Assembly (NCBI GenBank): GCA_000708835.1
Contig: DF237449.1
Span: forward strand, 3,848-67,847
Source of the DNA: Klebsormidium nitens
Taxonomy: Eukaryota; Plantae; Klebsormidiophyceae
DNA: 64,000 nt
Direction: 5' to 3'
How positions within the stretch are numbered: position 1 is the stretch's first letter; the number at the start of each line of letters is the position of its first letter. The translations under genes were made by a program, and so were the position numbers. Below, piece by piece: positions 1-12,135 of the stretch. The notes under the pieces are model-generated. The model ran no database searches. It was given only the letters and a program-made list of their open reading frames with translations, and had not been told where the DNA came from.

Positions 1-370
1 GGCGTTGTTCCCTCACGGGTACTAAATCACTGTAAAACAGCGTTGCCGATTCTCAAACAATTACGTCATCTGTACTGAACCCGTCACAGGGCTCTCAATC
101 GCAAAGGTACGTTGGCATCACTGCTCTTGTCGTGTATCAAACGAGTGCAAACGAGTGCCAGAGGGTCCGCTACGGACCGAGGTCGGTGTTCTTTCACGCG
201 AATCGGGGCCTCCGACTGCTTCACGCTCAAGAAAGTTAATTTCTGCAACGAGCGGGGCTTTGAGCAGAGACGCACTGACTTTCTGCTGGGAAAGCAGAAT
301 AATCATGGCCAAAACACCGGAGGAGGGAGACCAGATCCCACACTGAAAAGCGCCGAGGTGGATCGCTCAC

Positions 371-3300
371 GTGATGGTGTTGTATGTCGCCCCGTAGTGC
401 TGGAGCCCAAACAGCTCTGACGTCAGCACCGGCATGAGCGCCCAATGAGCGCCTATGGAAAGGCCCACCAGAACCGACCCCACGTATAATGAGTAGACCG
501 CTGCAAATAGAATCACGAATGTTCAGCTTGATGGGAATTCTCGGAGAAGGGGCCCAAGTCCGCAGAATCTGGTTAATGCAAACGCTTTCTGGAGCCTCAC
601 GGAACATGTCCCAAGCATTCTGACGGCGAATCTTACCGACGGCCTGACTCCTAAAGAGCTAGCCTTGACAATATTAGCCTCACAGGAGAAACTACAACTT
701 GGCACATTCATTGCAAACGCGTACCGAGCATCTCGATGAAGGTTTCGGATCAGATTCTAAGAGTTTCTCTCCGCTTCTCGAGCGGACAAGGCGCCTATAG
801 GTAACGTTCAGCAGCAATCGCTCAGAACTTAACCTCTTGCATAGAACGAAGTCCGAAGGTCCACATGCAGGCGGGCACCAGCAGACTCGGACCACTTTGG
901 ACAGGAGCTTCATGTGGGCGAATCTAGTCTGGCAAATCCATGTACGGGAGCTTCAGCAGAGCCGCTTTATCTCAGTTTCGAATGAAGCCCATGATGGTAA
1001 TGGAAATGCCAATTGTGAACCTTGATGCCCCGAAGATTACACTTTTTTGTGGCTTACCGCCTGTTGCCAGGAGCAGGAGTGCCAAGCCCATAAGCGATGT
1101 GAAGACAGCGGCGGCGATCGGCCGGGGATAGCCCGCCCGAACAATGCATTCAGATGAGTACCTGTGCAGTTGTATTGCAGTAACGTCAGATGGTACCAGA
1201 TGACCTACCCGCGCATCTTGGTGCCTACTGAAAATGATTTTACGCAAATAAGAATGCTCAGGATGACATCCGCGGCCGCTTGACGCGCCAGAAATCAAAA
1301 GAGAGGCAACAGGCTATGACCTTGCGTGTATTGCTCTGTCGCACAAAGGTGAGCCCCGCACCTCAACCACGCACTTCCATACTCCGACCTGCCCTCACGA
1401 CTCGCGCTGACATGCGGCAAGCAGTGCGACATCTTCTTCGCCCATAAGAAAACGTTGCACCCCAAAATAACGAAACATTCTTGAGGAAGATCATAGTGAG
1501 CCGAGGTACAGAAAGCGTCAACTGAAACACAATTTTCGCAACTGCACCGCACCCCTTCCCACGCAAGAACTCCCTGACGTAACCCAGCCGTCTCAGTCGA
1601 ATCACCTCAGCATACCTTTGTTGAGATAGAAGTACAAAATCCTCACCCGGCCAGAAGGCGCCCGAGACAGTTCCAGATGCTGAAGAGCGAGATGAAGGAC
1701 GAGATGCGCGCGTTCCCAAACGAGCGCGCAATCTGCCCGAAGTTGTTGATGATCGTCAAGCCGCTTCCCGTGCCAGCTGCAATGATGGCGGCCAACAGCC
1801 TGGAAAATGGTGGGCGGGTTTGATAGTCGGGTCAAGTGGAGGGTTAGCGATAACCTGATTGGTCCAGGAAGTAGCTGAGAACTAGAAGTAAAGCTGAGGT
1901 ATAAGATTGAAAAGGAGGGTCAAGCGGTCATGATGAGTTGGAAGGAGAGCGAGCAAAGGGTAAAGAATCAGCTTGCAAAAGGTGGGTGGGTATACTAATC
2001 GGGTCAAGTCGAGGGCTAGCGGTAAACCAAAGGGTCCAGGAACTAGCTGAGAACTGGAAAGCAAGCTGAGGTCAAGATTGAAAAGGAGGGTCAGGCGGTT
2101 ATGATAAGATTGAAAGGGAGCGAGCGAAGGGTTCAGAATCCGCTTGCAAAGGGCCTGGCTCTTCATACGGCGGGTTTCCAAGAAGGTTGACTTGCAGAGC
2201 CCGTTGATACGAACAAGGTTAAGAGGTAGGTTTGAAGGTAGCCTATTTAGAAAGTCGACATTCAGTTTTGAGAGGTTGTCGTCGCAACACTTCGCATCCA
2301 GTGAATATCATTTGGGCCAGCCTCGTACCCGGCCGCTCGAACTCGATCCAAGCATTGCACTTTTGCTTTAAAAGCCAACCGTTCCAACTTTCTAAGAAGT
2401 GGGGTCGTATGCAAAGGGGCGAACTGAGAGGCGTGCCCTTTCCGGCGACCGATGTGTACGGATACAGCAGCTTCGGTCGCTGCACGAAGGCGCCACGAAG
2501 CCGGACGGCTCCTTCAATCGACACTGTTAGAGCGCAACTTTGACTAATCGTGCCGTCAGAACCCTTTTAGATGGCGACAACTGTACAGGGAAACCCCGCG
2601 TTCGGTAGGAGCGTATTCTCACCAGAAGTTTGCTGTCTGCACGCTCTCGCACAAAGTCAGCTCCGGCATCTCGGTGTGAATGGGCTCCTCCTGCAGCAGC
2701 TTGCTGCCGTCCTCGTTGTCCGGATCGGGCGAGACCATTTCGGTAGCGTCCGATTCCATGGCGGCCCGCTCATATTCCCGACGTCCAATAAACTGGGGAA
2801 GGAAGCAACAAAAAGCGAAGGTGAAGACAAAAACCATAAAGAAAGTAGCCAGAGCGGAACGTGAATAGCCGCACCTTTCAGGGAAACGAAGGAGAAGACG
2901 GCTGTTGCAAGTGCACAATGCAGGTACACGACCAGGAAGATTGTGTGTGAGGGCGACACACTCTTGACATGAATGTTCATATTCCGACAGGTTGCCCAGA
3001 AAAGCAGTGGGTGCCTTCCTTCAATGTTGCGGCCCTCGTTCTCTTCAGCGAAACCAGAGTGTGACGTAAGAAGCGTCTCCAGGCAACTTTTTACCTTCTC
3101 AATTATGCGGCAAGCAACGAACACCTTGCTCAGGTCGCCGGTTGAAATTCGTCACCTTCCGAATTTACCCTATCTTCAGTCTTCCATACGGTTGGCCGCT
3201 TCTTGTATGCTTGGTACAGGCCAATTTTGCATAAAGCATAAATCGTTCCACAAGAATCTGTTAGCAAGGCGTCTCACCGGCATCCCAAGTGGTAGGAAAA

Positions 3301-6300
3301 GGATGGCGATCATGACGGTGGTCAGCACCCGCTGAGTGCCCACCCCCAACACAAACGCTTCCTGCACAGATGAACGAACTGTAAGCATAGGCGTGCAGAC
3401 TAGGACGGCGACAGCACGAGAGTGCTGATGAGCCTTGGAGCTTTCCATACTAACAGATACGGATCTTAGCCACCTTTCAATGGCGCTCCCGTGACACCAG
3501 AACTCGGATGCGGGCGCTTGAGGCTGAACTACAGAGAAGGTACTCTAAGCTGTCGCTCAGTGGTGGCTGACTGGAGCAAAAATCACGAGGATCCAGGATA
3601 TAAGACTGCAAAAGGGACTCACCGAAAGAATAATGGTGACGAAGAGGTACCCCGCCAGAAGAAGAATGATGTACTGCAGGAACATAAACAAGTCAACTCT
3701 ATGCCGGCATCTCGTCTCACCAAACACGGTTTTGACTTTTTGACAGTCATTTTTTGGCAAACTGTGCTTTAGCCTCGCAATTGCAGGATAAGTTCCAACT
3801 CTAGCCGGGTGAATCAAATGTTTTGAAGGGTGTTGGGCAAACGGACGAATCGAAGAGATTGGGTTGCGGTGCCAAGAACCACCTGGCTGGCGCTTTCTAT
3901 CTTGGACTTGGCGAGGTTTCTTGTGTCGACCAGACAGAGGTCATCCGCAGTGCTTCACAACCGCAGACGGCCCGAAGACCTGGTTATTTGGTAATATCAC
4001 CAGTGCATCGTTGCACGAACCCCACTATAGCGAATCAACTGTCGTGAAGACTCGAGCAAACCGCCATGGAAAGCAAGGTAGGCGAGGAATGGACACCGAA
4101 TGGCAATGAGCGGAAACCAAGCGAAGAGCGAAAGGCGGGGAAGTTCTCACATACGACCACCGAAACCGTTTCGCGATGTCGTGCGGATCCGTGTCCTGCT
4201 TGTTGGGGTACGGTTTGATGAAGGCCATGACGGCGGTTAGCAAGACAAACGGCCCCACTGCTTGCAACAGGATGAAGCGGCTGGGGTAGCCGTCGAAGAA
4301 GCTCGTGTAGACCTGCGGCACAAGCGAGCACACAAAAAACAAATTGCATTTAACCTGGACAGTATTCAAGGCAAGAGAGGAGCCGAGGCCAAGAACACAA
4401 AAGAGCCTTTTTCGACGAGTGCGATTGAAGTAGTCCGAATTTGTTTTCGAAGAAGCGAGCAGGCATGGTCTTAAAAAAACTACTCCAAAAGACCGGGAGA
4501 ACTGAAAACCTTGGCTCATATCTCCAATACGCCACGTAAATGATCGTGGGATCAGCAGCTGGCAGGTTGCTTGTGGAGACTGTGCGTTACTGGAGTTCTG
4601 AAGGAAAACCACGCTGGAGATTTAGTCTTGATTAAAGCTTAAGCAGACCAAGGGGCTGAAACACCCAAACACTGCTCGTTCAACACAGCAGCCCTGATGC
4701 GAAGGCGACCTCAGAAAGACGAAGATGTGGGTTGTGATCTTCACGAGCGATCACTTCAAATTGACTCTTGATCACAGACACATGAAACTGTGCTACCCGC
4801 AAAAAAATCGGCCCGGCTTACTCGTGCAAACATTGCGGTGCTCAATCCGAGGTACGCCTTCAGTAGCCCGACAACGTAGCCCCGCTCCAAAGGGAAAGTC
4901 TGCATGCTGGAAAACAATGCGTGGTGATGTCAGCATAAACCCGACCACATGGCCCGCTCTGAGGGGAAGGTCTGCATGCTGGGAACTGCTTAATAGTGAC
5001 ATCAGCGATAACAACCAAAGGACTTTGGAAAGGATGATGCAGCTTATGCGGTCGTAAGTGGAGGGCAGAATGATGAAAGCCAGTACGGATGCCTAAGGGG
5101 TTTGAAAGGAGCACGAAATACAGGATGAGAATCGAGTCGCTCAAGGATCCGGCCATTGGCTCGGCCCGGAGAAAGTACTCTCAAATCTCAGAACTCGAGT
5201 GTTGTCAACCGTCGTATCAAATGTGCAGAGAAGAAGAAGAGAGGATCTTTTGAGACGGTAAAGCAGCAAGTCTTCACTGGTCTCTTCAATACTCTCGTGC
5301 TGTATTCGGCTCAGTCACAGGTCTGCTGAAAAGATTCAACAGCAGGGGGACGAAATCATGTTGGGCAGTTCGGAAACCGTCACAAGGACTATTGGGAAGT
5401 CCTGCCAACGAAGAATCCCAATCAGCGGACTCAAAAAACGTTTCTGTAAGCGCCACTTTGCGAAATGTTCCAGTGCAGGAAAAGCAAGCATTGGCCAACT
5501 TGTCCATGTGGACCTCAACTAAGTAAAGACCCTACATCTCAGTTGACGTTCTGAGAGAGTCTCAGCGCTTACTTGGTGACCATGATGGCAGTTGACACCC
5601 AGGGCTCCCCGTTTGAGCCGACCACCATAAATGCGCAGACCATCAAGTAAGGGGGTGTGATCACCTTCAGGCTCGTCAGCCATATCTGCACGAGGGATCC
5701 AACATTTGGTCGTCCCAAAGTGCATGCGGACTCAGCGAATGTATCCTTTGCTGCTCTAAGCTCCGACATTTACTTTCTGTCTAGATCAAAGCAACCACTG
5801 ACATTTGTCATTGGCTCACAGGCTTCGTTAGATACACAGATAACCTCCAGAACAAAGGGTGAGGCAACTCCTACTCACCCCCAGATAGCCTGCCAAATTG
5901 AAGCTGGCACCGATCAGGACAGAGACCCAAGGGGGATAGAAGTTGTAGAGCAGTCCTGTTAGAATACCGTAACCCCCTCCAAAGTCCTTGCTAGATCCGA
6001 GCCCGTCGATTTGGGTCTGCGACCAGTTCAGCGTCTCTTTGAGATGCTCAGAGTAGACCGAAAAAGAATAGGTGAGACCTGAACATGCCTGCAGAAAGAG
6101 AAGAATCTGATTTGTCAGTCAGTCTGCGCCGTGAGAGTGTTGAGTTTCTTTTGAGTGGTGGAATGGGGAACTTTCTTTCTCAAAAGCACATTGAAAGTTC
6201 CAAAGAACTGCTGGGAAAAGGGACCTGTTTGGACGTGTATATTTTTCAAGAGAAACTTGCCGCAAGGCTTGAGATGCTTTCATAAAAGTTCTGATACCGT

Positions 6301-6848
6301 CCAGACTTCTTTAGAGGATAACTGCTACCGTCCGGAATTGCTCTGATTCACAGGCTTGATACGAACATCAATGCTCCACCCAAGAGAAATGCGGGCTCTC
6401 ATACATTTTCCCAGTATGGTTTAGAGTGATGTACCTTGCGTGTACCATGCTGAAAGAGCGCAGCTTTTGATACGACGGTCAGACTCAGCTCACGCTTTGC
6501 ATCTAGACTGTCTGGTATAAGCACCTGAGAACAGCATTCAACGGCAAAAGCTTACACCACCAACAGTCTTCATGCCGGATGACACTCCATGTTATAAGAT
6601 CTGTCAGAGTATGAGACGAACCTGAGGTCTTAGAATTAATGCACACTGAAGCAGAATGTGGTGGTTGAAAGCGTGCTTCTGAAGCAAATGAGCTCTTCAT
6701 CAAGAGTCTTTCGAAAGAAGTCAAAGCTAAGGTTTTTTTGCTCAGGTCAGCACCTCACCGCAGCATAAATTGCAGCAGCCAAGCCCAGCCATTCATTGTC
6801 CTTGAGCGTCCGTTGGTGCTTTTCTGACGCTACTGAAAAACTTTGCAT
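371..6848 (-). CDS. Nodulin-like / NFD4-type major facilitator superfamily transporter (multi-exon, 3' end beyond the window start)
   Basis: Phase-consistent GT-AG exons on the minus strand: 6848-6759, 6088-5879, 5685-5573, 4906-4822, 4312-4151, 3673-3623, 3361-3278, 2792-2623, 1799-1647, 1161-1058, 500-371. The spliced product has Nodulin-like/MFS motifs: ACSGLTYSFSVYS, KDFGGGYGILTGLL.PPW, NMQTFPLERGYVVGLLKAYLGLS, NFWLLAAIIAAGTGSGLTIINNFGQI, SLFSIWNCLGRLLAG, HWALMPVLTSELFGLQHYG. The start ATG at 6848 is the best guess. Confidence 0.92.
1800..2150. repeat. Diverged 172-bp tandem duplication of the 3' end of an MFS intron, including a decayed acceptor copy
   Basis: TCGGGTCAAG(T)..AGGG at 1827 and 1999; GATTGAAAAGGAGGGTCA occurs in both units; CAGCCTGGAAAATGGTGGG at about 1796 (real acceptor) is echoed by CAGCTTGCAAAAGGTGGG at about 1968. 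Confidence 0.85.
4930..4985 (-). repeat. Decayed intronic copy of the MFS exon 4 acceptor and exon start
   Basis: Minus-strand CCCAG|CATGCAGACCTTCCCCTCAGAGCGGGCC at 4978 versus the real TCCAG|CATGCAGACTTTCCCTTTGGAGCGGGGC at 4906; 72-bp offset. Confidence 0.8.
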
Positions 6849-7797
6849 GATTGAAATGGGACTCTCTGATATGATCAAGAAATGGTGGCTCAGCAAGTGT
6901 GCGATGCAATCAAAGCGCGCTGCCTTAGTAGCGATAATCGGCTCCTACGTTGCTGCAACATGTTGCCATACCAATGGGTTTGAATCCAGTGGAGCCAGCT
7001 CTGAATGTGTGTCCTGTGCACTAAGCGAGTGCGGAGTCGAGGAGGGGCCCTCATTCACAGTCAGTGAGACGATCAACTGCGACCTTATCAAATCCGCTTG
7101 TAGACACTCAGAACTCCTTGGACCCTAGGCTTCGCTGCGCATGACACTGGCTGTCCTGCCTACCACCCTGCTCAATGCTGCCATGCACCTAGCTAGACTA
7201 GAGTCTGCGTTTGGAGAAAACGACCTTCCTTCACCTTCCCTCCACCTCGAACTTGGAAGTTGCATCCCCCTTCCTCAGTCAGGAACTTCAAACTGGATCT
7301 TGTCCGAACCATTCCTTAATTCGCGCGCCAGGTGCATGAGAAACCGGCGTGCCTCGGCCTTCAAAATGGCAGACCAAAACCAAATTTGAAGGAAAACCGG
7401 CAGAACGTAGTGCATGAACGGTACTCGTTAACGATAACCTGTTGACCAAACCTGCAAACACAATGCAATGTGCAATGCCAGCATTGACCAAGGACTCCAG
7501 CTAGAGCTTGATGAGGAGGGCGCCTGATTACTCACAGGTACCTGGCCTGAGGACTCAAAGCAAGCTTGCTTGTTCAGAAGGCAAGGGTTGCAGCTTCATG
7601 TGATGTGTGATGTTGGTAAAGCAAGCGAACGTTTCAGACCTGGTGAGACTAACTTGTTTCGAAGGGCTGGGGAACGGTGTCTAATCTTAAGAAGCAGCTC
7701 CTCGTGCAACTTCGCGAATGCAGGAGCCAAGCGGGTCGGTTATGTTAGGTGGAAGTAGAAGATAGAAAATCGAAAAATATTGTGCTCAATTGAGGAT

Positions 7798-8271
7798 ATG
7801 GATCCCCCAAAGTTTGATCCAGGGGCACTAGAGGCGCCACCAACGACACAAGTTCGCAAGGACCTCGGATTCTGGAAGCGCTTCTTCCGCCAGAAGGAGG
7901 CGGTGACTGGCCTAGTTCTGACCAGCGCGTGCCTCTTCCTGTCGCTTCGAATCATGAACGACAAGAAGCGCATCGAAGCTGGGACAGCAGAATGGGAGAA
8001 GGTGAACAAAGAAGTGGAGAGTAGGAGGGAGGAGAGTGCGCGGTTAGCGGAGGAGAACAGGGGGCTGCGCACTGCTTTGGACGGGTTGAGAGAGCGGGTT
8101 TTGAATGAAGTGAGGATGAATGGGCGGAAGCTGCCACCATTGGAAGCGCGGGTCGGAACAGTGTTTGCAGAAGCGGAGTCAAAGTCACAGGTCGCGGTGC
8201 CGGAAGGGAGAGAAACAGAAAATACGGGTCAAGGTAAGGCGCCAGCCAAATTATATGTTACTTTTGCATGA
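7798..8271 (+). CDS. Small single-pass membrane protein with a coiled coil (uncharacterised plant-type protein)
   Basis: 157-codon ORF from ATG 7798 with a basic/aromatic patch (GFWKRFFRQK), a hydrophobic helix (AVTGLVLTSACLFLSLRIM) and a heptad-rich region. A strong donor AG|GTAAGG at 8233/8234 could instead splice to 9087-9130 (ESRQLTKSKKGFFV*). Confidence 0.7.
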   Translation: MDPPKFDPGALEAPPTTQVRKDLGFWKRFFRQKEAVTGLVLTSACLFLSLRIMNDKKRIEAGTAEWEKVNKEVESRREESARLAEENRGLRTALDGLRERVLNEVRMNGRKLPPLEARVGTVFAEAESKSQVAVPEGRETENTGQGKAPAKLYVTFA

Positions 8272-10572
8272 TGTGCGTATGTTGTTGTGGAAGATTGTTG
8301 TCGGATCCAGGGTGCAAGGTTGATCCAGGGGCCTCAAGGTGCCAAGCAGGAAATCAATCAGCTCAGCATTAGAGCTTAAAGAAGTCCGAGGTACTCGATT
8401 ATAGATTTGTGTTCTGCAGTTTCTAGGTGCTTCTGTTTGGCTCTCATGTTAGCGGTTCTGTTTGGCTTGTTGATTCATCTGGCTCATGTGGTTGGCACTT
8501 TTTAAGCCCGTAGTGGGGCAGCCAACGTGGTACTTTTGTCATTTGGTGAATGTAAGCGAACTCTCATGCATCAACGTGCAAGCCATTGGGATTTCTTAGA
8601 CTCAGGGTGCTGCTTGCCCTTGGGACAGGGTGCTGGCTGTTTGACATGGGTCGAAACTTTGTGCAACGCTGGGTTTGAGAAGCGACCAGAGGAAGACTCG
8701 AGCTAATTGAATTTGCAGTCAAAAGTCACTGCGACATACCTCAAAGTCCTACCGTCAGGGGGTAATGAATGCCCCCTCTCCTCCCTATTTTGGGGCTCAT
8801 CAGGTCTTTATGTCATTCTCAGCAGCTGTAGCAGCTTCCTTCTTGATTTTGCACTCACTGGGCTCAATTGGCCGAACTAGAGTTTCAAGCATTGTTTTGA
8901 CTGCACGTCAGAGTATTAGAGACAAGCTTTTACATACTTGTCTGGGCTTGGTAGCACCCATGTCTTATCTATACAGTTTTCTTGCTTGAATGTGGTAAAA
9001 ACGGGAAGGACAACCATTGCCTGTTGATTGCTTGTTGTGTTTGAATCATCCATTCTTCTAGCCAAATCGACCCTTCTCTGATGCAGAAAGCAGACAGCTC
9101 ACGAAGTCGAAGAAGGGGTTCTTTGTCTGATCTACAAGCTTGATCCACACAAGAAGACTGTTGACACCAAGATGGACGTGTCAGTTCCTTCTACCAACGA
9201 AATGGTGGCTCGTGCGCTTGAAGAACGGAATCTAAGCGCAACATGAGCTTCTCGGTTTTTCCAAGTATTGGATAGAAACAGGCTACAAGGCGCTTGGACA
9301 GCTTCAACAGTCCACTAGGTACTGTGTGGAACAATGCAAAGCTTTGCGTGCCAAAATGCCTTCGCTACGGTGAGAATTCCACATCCTACCAAGGCATGAC
9401 GCACCTCTGCATTTCCCTGCGATCTCACCACGATTAGTGGCCATGTGCCAGCATGTATACAACTTATGGAGGTGATTCACTGCTGTGTTACTTGCTTGTG
9501 CTCCGAGACTGGGACGATGCTCCGACTGTATGGGCATGTACATGCATATCCGGGCCCAACACCTGCATGGCGACTTGGGGCTTGGAACTAATTGAAGTGA
9601 AAACCGCACGAGTCAGCAACCACTAGCTCGAGGATCGTACCCATGATGCATGACGCTAGAGCAATTTAACTTGATATTGCCAAGTCGAGACTTCGATTCT
9701 CCGCAGAATTCCACCCATGACATGAGGCAAATATGTCTTCAATCCGCCTCCGCTCTCAAAGTGACTACTTTTCATGAAGGAAACTTTGAGAGAACAAGTT
9801 GGTAGAGCTTCAACATGGACTGCAGCTTGCATTTCGCAAGTTCCGACTTGGGCGGGCTGAGGAAGAGCATCATATGCAGATTCCTGAATCGGACTCACCA
9901 AGTGCAGGATGCCAATGGCTGTACGTGCTGGCTGTGCAGTCACAATAACGAGTGCTCAGTCACATTGCTCACTGCTCAGGAGTCAGGGCCGCTCGCGCTT
10001 TCGATTTCTGAAAGCGGACCGCTCGATCGGACGGTCGGCGAGCCGCACGACTTGGATCGGACGTCATCCAAGCAAAGGAATCCCCCGGAATCTGAGGTCC
10101 TGCGACATGTCAACAGCATTTTAGGTAGATTCAAGAGTCAAGACTCGAACTCCGAGTGCTCAGCTGGAACTCAAAAGCCTCTCGAAAGAGGACCTTGCAT
10201 TCTGATGGAAGTTGGCTGCCCTGCTTGAGAGCTCTCTGTAACGAGTCCTCTTGTGCCCTCGAGGAAGGCAGAAACGCACAGCAAAGACTATAGGATGGGG
10301 TGCATCCGGCAGCGCGCTTTTGCTTGGAAGGTGATGATGAAGCGATTGGATATGAAGCCCAGCAAGGCACCGGGGCACTTTCACTAGAGGAGTACGCATT
10401 TCAAGCACAGAGACCGAGCAGCTTCCGCCTTGGACAATGTGCATGCAAATGAAGCCGATCACAGACTGGGAGGTGAATTTGACACTCAAGGTGCCAACTT
10501 TATGTCGTCACCTGCTGAACCTCCAGCAGTAGGAAGAATCTACTTGACTGTCCGAGGGTGCGCTCCTTCCAA

Positions 10573-12135
10573 ATGGAGGCGGTGCTGCCAAAGTCAGGTG
10601 CAAGCTGCACAAAGCAGCTGGGAAAACACTGGATCCTTGTGACGCTTAGCATTCTTCTGAGCTCTCTGGTGATTTCGGTCCTCCGCGGTGCTCTTCTTCG
10701 GGATCTGGAAGGGTGTCCTTATGCATTTACGGTTCTGTCTAACGCGCAAGGAGTTGAGACAGAAGTAGTGCAGAAGCACCGTCCCATTTACGCGGGGATG
10801 AATATGACATGTTATGTAAATCGCTGTCAGTCTTTGAGTAATGAAGGGAACAATACACAGGGAGCCGTTGATCATTCTGGCTTGCAGCAGCAGGGGCAGT
10901 CAAAAAGAGAGTCAAACAATGCTGATGGACATGAAGCAAGCACAAAAGGAGATCAATTGGAAGCTGCTCTGAAAGTGGCACGAAAGGAGGCAATTGAACC
11001 AACGGTGGATCAGCGGGGTCCTCCTGGGGGAGAAAGTAATGATTCAGTTGGCATTGAAGAAAGCACTAGAGAACTAGGTCGACCGGTTGTTCCTCTAAAC
11101 ACTGCAGAAGAGACAGCAGCGTCGCAGAGGCAGGGCCCTCCTGATGGAGAAAGTGATGATTCAGATAGCCCAGAAGTAGATGAAGCATTAGCAGTAGAAG
11201 AGGTAGATGAGGCATTAGCTGTAGAAGAGGCAGCAGGCCAATCGGCGTCGCTTCAGGAGGGGCCTCCTGATGAAGAGAGGAACGATCTGGGGGAGGCAAA
11301 AGCAAGCACAGAAACTGATCAGCTCGTAGCTAGTCTGGAACTCGCGCGGCGCCCTTCCCTGTACATCTTTTCAGCGCACCATTGGGACGCTAACATCGAG
11401 AACGAGTTTGAGCACCTCGTTTCAGATGTCGGTCCAGAAAATGCTTTTCTCCTTTTTGACGAAACCCATGAAAGATACTCTGGAAAGTGGCAGAACGTCT
11501 TTCACCTCAGGGACGGCTCGTACGCGTTTCGAGCGAGGACTGAGAGTGTGGCAGATCTAGGGCCGCTAGTGCTGCTTACGAACACTGAAGAGCTGACGGC
11601 AGGGAGCAATCTCTTTCATGACAGCTGGACTACAGTCCATGGAAAATTGGTTCTTGTCTACCGAGCTGTCCTTGTGGCGAACCGCTTTGAGTACGTATGG
11701 GTCATAGAGTCTGACGTCCGGTGTAAGGGTTCGTACAAGCATAGTCTAGAGAAGGCAGATAGTCTTAGTCATGACATCTTGGGTCGAGAGTTGAAGGTAT
11801 ACGGGGAGGAGAACAAAGATTGGGAACACTGGGAAGACTTGGAGGGTCCTGTAGAATTACGCAAACGCGTAGCTCTCTTCCTGCCTGTGATGCGACTCTC
11901 AAGGTTTGCCTTTGAGATACTCAGCACGGCAGATCACGACGGCACGATACGAGGGTATCAAGAAATCTACATACCAACAATACTTTCAGCATATGGAGGC
12001 ACTCTTGGAGAGCTGCCTGAAGGTATGTTTGGGGTCTTTCAGTTTAGGCCAAAGTTGTCAAACGGAGAGTACGGGCATTTGAGTACATCACCAGGAGCAG
12101 TAAACATTCTGTATCACCCAGTGTTAGATGATTGA
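10573..12135 (+). CDS. Intronless type II membrane protein with a DUF3405-like / GT-A-type glycosyltransferase-like C-terminal domain
   Basis: 520-codon uninterrupted ORF: N-terminal TM anchor (WILVTLSILLSSLVISVL), acidic repetitive stem, then FEYVWVIESDVRCKG, PVMRLSR, GYQEIYIPT, FQFRP and LYHPV. These motifs match my recollection of DUF3405-type proteins; the family call is from memory, not a search. Confidence 0.8.
   Translation: MEAVLPKSGASCTKQLGKHWILVTLSILLSSLVISVLRGALLRDLEGCPYAFTVLSNAQGVETEVVQKHRPIYAGMNMTCYVNRCQSLSNEGNNTQGAVDHSGLQQQGQSKRESNNADGHEASTKGDQLEAALKVARKEAIEPTVDQRGPPGGESNDSVGIEESTRELGRPVVPLNTAEETAASQRQGPPDGESDDSDSPEVDEALAVEEVDEALAVEEAAGQSASLQEGPPDEERNDLGEAKASTETDQLVASLELARRPSLYIFSAHHWDANIENEFEHLVSDVGPENAFLLFDETHERYSGKWQNVFHLRDGSYAFRARTESVADLGPLVLLTNTEELTAGSNLFHDSWTTVHGKLVLVYRAVLVANRFEYVWVIESDVRCKGSYKHSLEKADSLSHDILGRELKVYGEENKDWEHWEDLEGPVELRKRVALFLPVMRLSRFAFEILSTADHDGTIRGYQEIYIPTILSAYGGTLGELPEGMFGVFQFRPKLSNGEYGHLSTSPGAVNILYHPVLDD

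Noticed and set aside
1545-1600. Alternative MFS exon (GYVREFLRGKG resembles the family consensus), and FTIGISITIMGF near 990-1020
   Set aside because: No usable in-phase acceptor, and proper exons exist at 1161-1058 and 500-371.
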